Of a DNA stretch of 64,000 nt, positions 35,601 to 45,969 are shown in pieces. A program made the position numbers and the translations under genes. How positions within the stretch are numbered: position 1 is the first letter of the stretch; each line of letters opens with the position of its first letter. This DNA is from Amoebophrya sp. A120 (Eukaryota > Protista > Dinoflagellata). The notes below the pieces were generated by a model. The model worked only from the letters and a program-made list of their open reading frames with translations. It did not search any database and had not been told where the DNA came from. The stretch is taken from NCBI GenBank assembly GCA_905178155.1, contig CAJINV010000001.1, positions 3,029,675 to 3,093,674 on the forward strand, read 5' to 3'.

Positions 35601-36264
35601 GTGAGGCATGCCGTAGCATCACAGATTTTTCGATTGCTTTGTGATACCTCTACCGCATCAGAAACGCCCTCTCCGCGTAGCACAAAGTGGAGTCCTCTTG
35701 CTGGCCATGCAATACAAATTTTTTTAGAATCCAGACACAGCATCACAAGTTTAGAATGTTCCAGACCCAGACATATTTGCAATTCATAGGATAGCATCTC
35801 GAACAAGTTTTCGTACGTGATGGCGCCTTCGTGATACTATGCATTGCAAAAGTATCGTACTCGTACTAATTGCGTTTATGCATTACAAATCTCTTTATTA
35901 AGGCGAATCCGCATTACAAATTTAATTTGTAATGCTAAGTGAATTTGTAATGCAATTTATACTAGTACGATACTTTTGCACAGGATAGATACAAGTGTTC
36001 TGTGAAGGAAAGGAATTCACCCTCCAGGATCTCCGCGTTCGGGCCATAGTAGTTTTTCACGAACCCCTTCAACTCACTCGGCTTGCCCTGGTACGTCTTC
36101 CCGGTCTGGAGTTCCTCCAAATCGATGCCCAGAATTTCGCACGCGTTCTCAAGCTCGGAGCCCGTCAACTTGCCGTCGTGATTCTCGTCCATGGTGCGAA
36201 AAATGGCGGCGCCGACCTCAGGCGCCCACGGGAGACCAGCCTGCGCGCCGGAACCGGTCGGCAT
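32665..36264 (-). CDS. EF-hand + coiled-coil + HEXXH zinc-metallopeptidase-like protein (~950 aa), split by 4 introners
   Basis: EF loops DENHDGKLTGSE, DEDGNGEVNGEAE, DDEDKGSLNLTQ, DKTDPGKSLTRQE; HEIYH and YGMTNVREDKA; spliced length 2853 nt in frame. Confidence 0.82.
33530..34010. repeat. Coding tandem repeat (~3 units of ~130-140 bp)
   Basis: Repeated YQAEIAEL...QQQQQQKALEAKRRAEEEERK. Confidence 0.85.
35052..35203. mobile_element. Introner/MITE family A (152 bp), inverted relative to 8520
   Basis: TATGCATTGCAAAAG...CTTTTGCACAGGATA; TSD GGCGA at 35047-35051 and 35204-35208; removal gives SEALA|PHVLKF. Confidence 0.92.
35277..35438. mobile_element. Introner/MITE family A (162 bp)
   Basis: TATCCTGTGCAAAAG...CTTTTGCAGTGCATA; TSD CATTT at 35272-35276 and 35439-35443; interrupts EF loop DEDGN|GEVN. 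Confidence 0.92.
35526..35788. mobile_element. Introner/MITE family C (263 bp)
   Basis: Colinear with 60827-61089; TSD GGAGA/GGATA with 1 mismatch at 35521-35525 and 35789-35793; removal gives FEMLS|GVGG. Confidence 0.9.
35838..35987. mobile_element. Introner/MITE family A (150 bp), ends swapped relative to interior
   Basis: TSD GATAC at 35833-35837 and 35988-35992; removal gives EHLY|HEGAITY. Confidence 0.92.
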
Positions 36265-37067
36265 GGTCTTAGCAAGTTTGTACCTTTAGTGCAGGAAAAA
36301 TGAAAATCTTGGGCGTCGCAGATGTAGATGTACACAGACTTATTAAATGATGATGCTCAAACAAGCGATCGTGATGTAAATGTAAATGTTGTAGGTGTAG
36401 ACAGCTACGCAGATGAAAGAGCAGTTTTCTCCACAAACGATGTCGTCTGGAACAGAATTGCTGGACGAGGACTATGGTGTTACTACAGGTTTGCGGGAAC
36501 TGATATTGTGGTTTAGGAAAAGACAATGTTTTTTTCAGCATTGCCATGCCGTCAATATGAAAAACAGAAAACAATAGAAAAGCCGACACGACCAATGCAG
36601 CATCATCACGTTCGAAAACCGAGTCGACAGCGCTTCCACGAGCATGAGCAAACGCACAACAAACCGACACACAGAATGAGACTGATATTCTTCGTAGTCT
36701 TTTGTACGAGCCAAATGGAAACAGATCGGCGGAAGGACGACTAACATAGAACGGCACGACCGATACGTGGTAGGTGTAGCTTGACGCACAGGAAGCAAAA
36801 GCTAAAGCAATACTTAGGACCGTGAGCTGTATTTCATCTACGCCGATTATTTCATCATCATCCTAATCAACGTCGTCGATACAACCGATACTTACCGAAG
36901 GCAGAGACCGTTGGGGTACGAAACAGTATTGCCCGGAAGTGGGAATAGTGCCGCCTTTGCATTTCTTTTTTCTTGATATTGAGCCGGAAGATCCGAATGC
37001 TTTTCTTTCATCGCTGCTGCTGTCAAAGTCAACACTCCTGACCCTGAGGCTGAGCCAATCTGTTCAA

Positions 37068-40000
37068 TCATAAGAGAAAGTCTGCGCTCCGCAGTTGTTC
37101 TCGGGTGAAAAGCGAGGATTGAGCTGCTGACGCCGTGTGAAACCGCGTCTCTAAGGTTTTCCGGGAGTACCCAACGATCTTGCTGCCTCGTACTGCACCA
37201 TCGGCATCCTCGGGACGAGGATCGCCATCAGCTTCACCACTCAGCAGACAATAGGACTCGTTGTCAATGATGCGGATGTCTCGCAGCACAACGCGCAGAG
37301 AGGTTTTGTACCGCAGGCAAAGCGTGTGGAGGTCGTTCACGCTCCGGAAAGTAAGAGCGGCACGATCCAGGTTCGCCAATAAAGCTGCACTAGTACCAGA
37401 ACCAGCAGGTAAAAACGGTAACGTCGACGCCAACTCGTGTCTAACGTGTTTCTCAACGTGATTCAAGTCTGCCTTTGCAACGAATACCAGGTCAAAGTCA
37501 CCGTAATACACGAGATCGTAGTCGAAAGCCTGCAGGAGTTCAAGGAGCGCCCGAGCCGAAGACGCGAACATCAAGTGAGAGTGATCACTTTTGTCTTCGT
37601 CGTTGTGGTTCTCGTTGTTGTCTTGCTGAGAAGCAGCGTGTTCATCTTTATTTCTGGTGATGCCGTCCTCGTCCTTGTTTTCATCTACTCTTTTTTGCTC
37701 GGAATCGGATCCAAAACTCCTCCTCGACTTCGGCACCAGCCAGTGGTCAAGCGGAACCACGACGTTGGGCCACGCATATCCGTGCACATGCTCAACCACG
37801 ATAACCCGCGGGCGAAAGCTGCGCTTGTTGGTGTTTTTACCAAGCTGCGAAAGCAGGATTTTCCTGACGACGTGGTAATCCTGGCCGTCGATGTCCAAGG
37901 AAAGCAGTTCGAAGTTCTCCGGCACATCGTGTTTCGCCAAAATCTCCAACACGTTCTCCTCTGTCACGATCTCCTGGTGCAAATTGACCCGCGGTAAGCC
38001 GTAGTGACTGTCGAGTAAGACCCCGTGCCAACCCTGAAAAGTGCGAAGAAACCTCGTGTTGTGCTCGATGGCGCTCGCACCAACGCCAATTTCCACGTAG
38101 AAGCACGGATTTGTATTTGTTTTGGACGTGTTGGTGTTTCTACTACTAGCTGCTCTTTCGTAACATTCGTCTTCTCCTGCGCTGCGACGTAAAATTTCTA
38201 GAATTTTCACCAACACAAAATCCTTAAAATCCTCGGCCAAGTCGGCGTTTTGCGCTTCTTGGACCACCTGGCTCGTGCCACGCCAATGGGGTGCAGCTGC
38301 CACGTGGTCATCTGTGGCTTCAACTTCATCATTGCTTTTCATATCCTGCAGTTCTGTTTGCGGCGTTGGATTATACGCGACGGAAATCTGGAAGGACGGT
38401 CCTGGTGTTGCAGAAGCAGCACCAGGAGGTTCCTCCTTAGCAACATTTGACGAGACGGACGAGGCTACACTATTCACCAACAACATCGGAAAACTCAACG
38501 CCGGCGTTTCGGCAGCGATTAGATATTGCACGCGTGCGTAGTGTGTGAAGTGTTGCCTGCTGTGCTGCTGAAGGTTCGTGACGAGGGACGTTGGCTCCAG
38601 GCTCCAGAGGTCAAATAAGTCGTTCCACTGAGTGGCTCGCTGTGATAGGTCCGAGAACAAAGGTAGAAGCTCGGAGTCCGTACCCTCGTCCTTCGCCGAC
38701 GAAATGCTTCTGCTTGCACTGGCTCCATCCGCGCTCATGTTGTTGTCACTCGGCTGTCTTCGATGCGCAGCACCGAGTCGCCGCAGTTCACATTCCGCTT
38801 GAATTAGCTTACTGAGGTGTCTCGCTTCGTGATTGAGACAAAGCTGTCGATCAACCAGAACCGCCTTGCCCTGCTCGTAGTATACGGGGGACAGGCCCTT
38901 CTGCTGCTTCAAGAGTCCAACCAAATGCCCCAAGAGCGCGCTGACGTAGTCCGCCCAGGGGCGCTTCCTAACCTTGGTCGAATCCGTTCGCTCACGCAAA
39001 TCAGTTCTTCGTGCTGCGATCAGCGATCCAGTAATAGCCTGGTAACCCCGCAACACGATCTCGGGATAGATTCCAAACGCACGAATGGCTTGAAAGCCAA
39101 GCACCAACGTCTCAACGACATTGCGGGTTGTAGAATCTGGATTGGTGGTCTTCTTGTTCACCTTCACGGTAGAAATTTTTATTCTATTTGTAATTGTATC
39201 CTGTTCACCATTCTCTTGTTCCCCTTCGAACACGAGCTGCTTCGCCAGCCCGTTTCCAAACCCAGTCAGGAAGTCGTACGCGTGTCTGCGGGCGGCGAAA
39301 TTTTCGCGCATATTTGGCGCCGGGTGCAGTGGCGCGCCAAATTTCCAGGTGCTTAGATCCTGAAAAGCAAAGGCCAGGGTTGCGTTTCGGAGGTCGAGGC
39401 GCTGCGTAAATAGCTTGGCGAAGTGCTCGATCAGCCCGTGCCGATTCGCGGCCCGCCTGTGTTCGTCAAAATCCGGCCTCTGAATCAGAGACGATTGCAA
39501 GTACTGGCTTATTTCCCTCGCCGGTAGGAATTTCAAGTGTTTCTCCACCTCCTCCTCCGTTTTCGTCGGGTCGTTGTGCAGCGTGCGTTCCCGCAGTGCG
39601 TCGACAAAACCGTCGATTAGGAATTTTGGAACGACCAGACCTTGCGCTAGCCGGTCGAAGGTTCTGGTTGAAATGTTCTCCATAGAGCTCCGGAAAGAGG
39701 TGCGCTTGAATCCCTCGGCGTCGATGAAAAGAATTTTCTGCGACCCGGAGCGCGTCTGTTGGATATGCGCTATAGAGTGGAGAAGATTCAAGTTTTTAAG
39801 GAGCTCTTCGTGCAGCTTCTGTTGTGTTGAGAGTGGCTTGCTCTGGTCGTCGTTCCGATTGGATTCTACTTCGTGCGCACGAGACAAAGTTGCAGAAATC
39901 CGGTCCGCAATGCGGTGCTGCACAATCGACGCGACATTTTCTCGCCCAACACCACTTGAAGCCCGAACGTCCTCGTAATTGAGTTCCCCGGTGACAGAAG

Positions 40001-41012
40001 TATCCTCTTCGACAAACAAGGTGCGCGCCCCAGCCAACCGCTGGGCTCGCTCGTTTTCGAAACGCAGAAGGGCTCGCTCCACAGCTAGGCCAAGAAGGGT
40101 CGCGAATGACAGACGGCGGAGATAGCGGAGAACCGCATCAAGGTGCCTTTCGTTTCCTGACTCAATTCGTGGTTCTTTTTCGCTGGTGGAAACACACCGG
40201 CGAATGATTTTGTGCCTCCGGGTCCGGAGGTCGTCGGTGATGATTGTGCTGCTCGTCGAAGAATGATCTTGATGCGCAACAACAGAACTGAGGCCGCGGC
40301 TCGTCCCGACCACTCCGTCTTTCGGATCTTCGCGCTCTTCCGGGTCCTCATCGTCATCCAAAGATGACAGAACAACTGCGCGCTGTGCTGGGTCGTTGCC
40401 GCCAGCACTGGGTGCAGCAGTCTCCATCAAATTTTTCTGCTGCAACTCAGCCATCGCATCTCCGAGCAAAGCAACCTCGTCAAGAACCTGGTGGAGGTTG
40501 GGGGAAAACGCGTCTCCGCACTCATAGTAGTGGGCGATTTCGCGTAGAAGGCGGCCCGCATAGCTCAGTGGTGCAGCTTGTTCTAGGTTGTATATGTTGC
40601 CCCCTGCTGCTCCAGTGACGGTGTGTTGCTCGAAGATGCTGTCACAAACCAATTCAGGTGCGGCCTTCGTCTCCTTCTCGTCCTCGTCGACGCTGAGAGC
40701 TGCACGCAGCCCGCTATCGCCAAAAGCAGGTTTTTCGTCTTCTGCCGTGGACGGTGGTAGTGCGTTCCTCTCGTTGTCCGCCACAAAAGAAACATCGCCG
40801 TTCTCACCGAACGTTGCAGCCGCCCACGCGTTTGCAAGTTCCTCTCGCCCGAACAACCGCGCAATCTCCTGCTCTGGAACCAATCCGCTGATTCCGGGTG
40901 GACAAGCTTGCTTCGCGTCTTCAACAGGGTCATGATTTTCTCCAGATGAAGCGCCTGCTGCTGCGAGCGACAAGATGCTGTAAAATAGACGAACTGTGGC
41001 CCTGCTTCGCAT
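37068..41012 (-). CDS. Large putative secreted protein with C-terminal FkbM/Methyltransf_21-like domain (~1314 aa)
   Basis: Signal-like MRSRATVRLFYSILSLAAAGA; FYVEIGVG...NTRFL...GWHGVLLD...FELLSLDIDGQDYHV...RPRVIVVE. Confidence 0.8.
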   Translation of the reverse strand: MRSRATVRLFYSILSLAAAGASSGENHDPVEDAKQACPPGISGLVPEQEIARLFGREELANAWAAATFGENGDVSFVADNERNALPPSTAEDEKPAFGDSGLRAALSVDEDEKETKAAPELVCDSIFEQHTVTGAAGGNIYNLEQAAPLSYAGRLLREIAHYYECGDAFSPNLHQVLDEVALLGDAMAELQQKNLMETAAPSAGGNDPAQRAVVLSSLDDDEDPEEREDPKDGVVGTSRGLSSVVAHQDHSSTSSTIITDDLRTRRHKIIRRCVSTSEKEPRIESGNERHLDAVLRYLRRLSFATLLGLAVERALLRFENERAQRLAGARTLFVEEDTSVTGELNYEDVRASSGVGRENVASIVQHRIADRISATLSRAHEVESNRNDDQSKPLSTQQKLHEELLKNLNLLHSIAHIQQTRSGSQKILFIDAEGFKRTSFRSSMENISTRTFDRLAQGLVVPKFLIDGFVDALRERTLHNDPTKTEEEVEKHLKFLPAREISQYLQSSLIQRPDFDEHRRAANRHGLIEHFAKLFTQRLDLRNATLAFAFQDLSTWKFGAPLHPAPNMRENFAARRHAYDFLTGFGNGLAKQLVFEGEQENGEQDTITNRIKISTVKVNKKTTNPDSTTRNVVETLVLGFQAIRAFGIYPEIVLRGYQAITGSLIAARRTDLRERTDSTKVRKRPWADYVSALLGHLVGLLKQQKGLSPVYYEQGKAVLVDRQLCLNHEARHLSKLIQAECELRRLGAAHRRQPSDNNMSADGASASRSISSAKDEGTDSELLPLFSDLSQRATQWNDLFDLWSLEPTSLVTNLQQHSRQHFTHYARVQYLIAAETPALSFPMLLVNSVASSVSSNVAKEEPPGAASATPGPSFQISVAYNPTPQTELQDMKSNDEVEATDDHVAAAPHWRGTSQVVQEAQNADLAEDFKDFVLVKILEILRRSAGEDECYERAASSRNTNTSKTNTNPCFYVEIGVGASAIEHNTRFLRTFQGWHGVLLDSHYGLPRVNLHQEIVTEENVLEILAKHDVPENFELLSLDIDGQDYHVVRKILLSQLGKNTNKRSFRPRVIVVEHVHGYAWPNVVVPLDHWLVPKSRRSFGSDSEQKRVDENKDEDGITRNKDEHAASQQDNNENHNDEDKSDHSHLMFASSARALLELLQAFDYDLVYYGDFDLVFVAKADLNHVEKHVRHELASTLPFLPAGSGTSAALLANLDRAALTFRSVNDLHTLCLRYKTSLRVVLRDIRIIDNESYCLLSGEADGDPRPEDADGAVRGSKIVGYSRKTLETRFHTASAAQSSLFTREQLRSADFLL

Positions 41013-41387
41013 AATGACATCTTGTGTTTTTTTGTTGCTTTGTGTTGACACACACAGGAACGAAGATCTAGGAAGAATGCTGACCACCACACGCACGCTC
41101 TAATTGATCCGTGATGTTGTGATCAAGATCATATATGTCGATGACAATCTGCACAATGAGACGAGCCTAGAAGTCTACTAGAAGACCGAAAAAAACGTCA
41201 TGGCTTCTTGCGCCATGCTGTGTTTAGCAGCCCACGCGAACACTGCGGTCTAGCCGGGAGGAAGGACAAGACGGAGCGCCCGGTTGTCCAACAGAAGACG
41301 AGACGAGTAGGTATTTCTATTTTTTACAGAGACGCGGGCGAGGCTCAACACCTGACTCTGCTAGTACCGCGGAGCTGCTACCAATTA

Positions 41388-42528
41388 TTACGTGCTTGTC
41401 ACAATCGAAGAGGAGTTGATCCCTGGAGCAGTAGTAGCCAGTGCAGTAGTTTGAGATTCGTTTTGTACGCCTGGGGCTGGTAGCTGCAGCTGTGGCGGTC
41501 CCCCTGCCAATGCCGCACCGGTATCTTCCGCAAAGGGTCGCACTTCGGTGGTTGTTACCGTCTGCGCAGCTGCTGCGCCACCTACACCTCCTGCTGGCAC
41601 GGCGTAGCTCTGCGAGATGCTGCCAGGTGCGCCAAACTGCGCAGAACTGGTCATCGAGAGATTCATGGCACCAAAATTCACGTTCTGCGAAGGTGCGCCG
41701 CCACCTCCGTGCATGGGCGACATCATGACCATCTGTGCTGGTTGCACGCTTTGGCCCCGTATTCTCCAATTGGCCACGGTGCGCTGCACGGCAGGGATGT
41801 GGTGGCAGGGGCAGCACCACATGCAGATAAAATCCTCAAGAACCTCGCCGGATCCGATGCCGGTAAAACTCCCGACCGAACTCTTCCACCGCATCAGAAA
41901 AATCCCGCACACCGCGGATACCAGTATTGTCGCGAGCACCGTGATGTCATAGAGTGCGGCGCTGCTGTAGAAAAATCCCTCCAGAGCGCGAATTGTGTCC
42001 GCAATCCACCTGTGGTGAGTTGTGATTTTGATGTTATTTCATTTTGATACTCTCCTTCCTTACACCGGGTCCGTCAAGAGACAGACTCGCAGTGTCGTCA
42101 ACCTCGTCTACCAGCACAAAAGGTAAAAGTGAATACCTGACAAAGACGCAGACACCTATTGCGTAAGTGTGAAATTTGGCCCCCACGAGTTTCATATCTA
42201 GCGATATCTGGTCTACTACCAAACACGGGCATGCGCAACTTAGCCAACAGTCCATCGAGCACTCCGCGCAGATTCTCGGCCGATCCCAGGTGAGAGGCAA
42301 ACCCTGCGCGTTCGGGCTGGTTGGGGACGCGCCCGGTTGCACCATCATCATGACGGGCTGGGGGTAGGCAGACGGCATCGAGGGGCCTGTGGCCAGCATC
42401 GGCGCTCCCACCACCATGGTGGAGGATGCGGACGAGGAGAAGGATTGCGATTGTGGACCCGCATACGGGGCCGCCTGCTGCCCTGCGTAGTTCGGAAATA
42501 CCTTAGGACTGTTCGGATTGTTCTGCAT
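41388..42528 (-). CDS. PLAC8-family Cys-rich membrane protein (~337 aa), 2 exons
   Basis: CWLSCACPCLVVDQI and EDFICMWCCPC motifs; GT-AG intron 42010-42136 (VFVR|WIADT). Confidence 0.78.
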
Positions 42529-43843
42529 CTTTTTGCAAGATACAACTTTATTTGAGACTAAACGCTACAACATAATCACGATTGCCGCGAGTAGCACAAC
42601 CAGGCGCTAGAACCGAAGGAGCCGATCTTCCGATTAAGCTTGTGCTTGTCCACGTCTACGCTTTTTCTGAATTAACATTAAGTATTTGTTCATCTAACGA
42701 ACACGAACAGGAGATAGATATCAATGCCACAGGAGCAAGTAAAGCAATAATGCAGGAGACCTGGGTTGGAGTTCGAGTTTGTATACCGATATATCGAGTT
42801 TGAGTTTGTTGCTCATGAACGTCTGTCTTCCTCTTGCACAACGGCCACAAACATGAAAAAGTCGGACATCAATTTATGTGAGTCAATAAAAATAAGCCAA
42901 CAAGAAGGAGACCGACTCAGACCGAGGATGAGGCTGGAGCGCATATTTTTGGTAGACAAAGAAAGGCGAACATACAAGACCATGAAAAGAAAAAAGTTCG
43001 TCTTGAAACGAAAAGCCGCAGCTTGTGCCTCTGCACCATTCCGAACATGCTCATTGTCATTCCTTTCTTCATTTGATTTGAAATGTGGCTTGTTTTTACT
43101 TTTTCTTGATGTGGTGCGTCTTGTCATCAACCATTCTCATTATTTTTGCGATGAAAAGTCCACTCAATTGACACATCGGCGCAAGCACAAAGGAAAATCT
43201 GACGAAACGCGGTGCAGCCACCCCTCCCGCACAGAAACCAACCATTCTCCTTCATCCGCATACCTTTCCTTATTTCTCTCATCGTGCGGCGGTTGGTTGG
43301 CTTTATCTTTGTTTTTGCGGTTCCACGTGCTGGCGCTGGGAGCTCTCGTTGCTTTTTTGTTAGGCTTAATCGCAGGAACACCAGCGCCTTAGTCTTTCTG
43401 GTGAAGTCTGTTGTCGCAATAAAGGTAGGAGTTTTACACCGCGTTTTTCGTCGCGGCAGGAGAACGAGAAGGGAGAGTGGCTTTGGCTAGCAGGAGAGGT
43501 TTTTGGAACATCATCTGCGAAGATGCGGGACAGGTTACAGTGACACTTACTTTGTCGTTTCCGGTGGTACTTAATAAATACGTCACGCGTTCGATTTCTT
43601 AGAAACAAGAAAGTAACTTTGCGTCGTTCATTCGGATGTTGATGTTCCTGCCGGCATGAAGGCATGAGAACAACCTGGTCGTGCTTTTATGATCGTTCTG
43701 GTTCAGAAAAAGGCGGTGGCTGGCTACTGGTGTGAAGATCGGGTCGTGCGGCGCGTCGTCTACAACAATCAGGCTCAGTCGCGTCAAAACTTCAAAGGGT
43801 TTCTCTTTCTGCACGGGCCGTCGAAGAAGAGATATCACAAGTG

Positions 43844-45077
43844 TCAGGACGTTAGTCCGCTTCGTGGTTTGATGGGCAAGCTTCGTTTCACAGTCGGGCT
43901 CGTAGCGGTTGGCGACAAGGCGACACCCGCTAAAAACCTCTTGGCCGGCTTCTTAACCACGGCACCCTTTTGCAGGCCTAAATTTTTTTTGTGCTTCACA
44001 GTTCAGCAGAATGCTGATGATGGCTATGGAAAGCTGAGTCAATTCTTCGAAGCGTGCTGGTCTGCGCAAATCTTCATACCTGCCTACCATGCTCTTGACA
44101 TCAAATTCAAAAAGAAAAATGGCAACCAAAAATAAAAAAACAGTACCTGCTTCTAGCCTTCGGAGCAGCTCCTCTAGTGGGCCGAACGGGTCCACTATGG
44201 GTCGTAAGCTCTTCACGTAGGCGAGCGTTTCGTCAAACCCGAGGTTGTTCGCGTACATGCAGTACGCCACGCCGGTGGTTCCCGCCCGGTGCGCTCCCGC
44301 GAGACAGTGGATGAGGACCGACTTTCCCTCTTCTATCTGCGTGTCTATCCATTTGAACGGCTCGAGGAAGTAACGGAGCACGTTCTCCGGCTTGTCCATC
44401 CCGGGCTCTCGCCACCTGGGAGAAGAGCAAAAATGTAAATGAGGATGGATTTTTTCTTACAGCAACATTAAACAGCACATACAAGGTGGTGAGCCCGTTG
44501 TTTTGTGGCACACTTGTTCGACTTCGCGTTCGCTTTCACGACTCATGCAACATCACCATCCCATGCGCGAAAAGAAAATGAAAAACATGAATACGTATTT
44601 GATACCAATGTGATATTGGGAAGCGGTAGTAGTCAAACTCTTTGGCCTTCTCGTGGTAATTTTCCGTCGTGACATCCTGGCAATTTACCTGATGAAGAAG
44701 CCACGTAGTGAATCTCGCTTCATGACTGCATTCGCCACGGCAGTGGATTCTTCTCAGCGACAACTGATACTGAAGTAGAACTAGTCGAAATCAAAATGCA
44801 AATTTCAAGTTCAACAAACGAACGACCAGATACGAGCGAATGCGAAAACACTGAAACTGAAAGAATGTCCTGATACTATTCTGAAAATGTCGTGCTTTTC
44901 CAGTATGGTCCTCGTCTGCGCGGCCACTAAGTTTCCGATGTACACCTTCCCACCGCTGCTCGGGTGCTGGTATACCGCATCGAGCTCGTTATACCTTCGT
45001 AAGCCTGGGGAACCGGCGGAACCTTGCTGGCGGAGCAAGTCCACCCCGGCCTTGTGATAATCCACCGAGCCGAACAT
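43844..45077 (-). CDS. Dual-specificity protein phosphatase (~228 aa), 4 exons
   Basis: VYIGN...A, IVNCQD, catalytic VLIHCLAGAHRAGT; GT-AG introns 44689-44876, 44416-44605, 43978-44146. Confidence 0.88.
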
Positions 45078-45969
45078 AACGACAGCCTTTTTGAGCGCGA
45101 TGACCTTGACCCCCTATCGCGTAAGAGGTAGACAGACTTCCACAAGCAGTGCCTTGTATCAACGTCGCGAGAGCAGCACAATGTAAGGACGGAGGGACGA
45201 GAAGCTGGTGGATGACGATGACAGTAGCGCTCAATATTGTGTGACGGGCGTTAGCAGCGGCTTCGGTCCTACGAAAATCATCGGACTTAGAAAGTCCTTT
45301 GTTGGGAGAGTTGAAGATGTCGAACTTGGCATAAAATATATCGTTCGAACGGTTAAGTACGAGCCAATTCTACTGGTCCTATTGTCTGTCACTTTTTTTT
45401 ATATTGTCCTAGTGCGTCTGTATAGACACGAGATAGTATTAGGCATTCGAGAAGTCTGCAGTACGACGTGGAACTGATTGTTACGAGGACTTCATTATCA
45501 TTTGACATTCTTTTTCTTGTACTTAGTCTTGGGTCCTGTAGAGGTATACCGAAATGCGCAAGCGAGTAATCAAGGTGAATTCCATGGCCGTTTGACTCTC
45601 AGCTCCTGACGTGAGCAACAACTTTGCTTTATTCGAGGGCGCCCTCTCATGTTGACACTTCACGGTAGTAAAGCACAGGCAGCTGTCATCATCATTCTCA
45701 TTGTCGTATTGGTATTTTGAAATACTTGCATGAGAAGAAGAACGCACACTTGCAGAACTCGAATGTGAGGCTGTCTAATATGCGCAAACCTGTTAGACGC
45801 GCGGCCACGTGTTTCAGTCACAGGCGACGCAGTCACAGATGATGGAGCAAGTAGCAGTTCATCTTTTACAGCAGTGCGCTTCTTTTAGCTCGCCTCGGAG
45901 TCGCAGTTTTCTCTTTTCTGCAGCTCACTCTTAGTTAGACACGCAGGAGGTGTTTCTGTTTTCGCGGGC

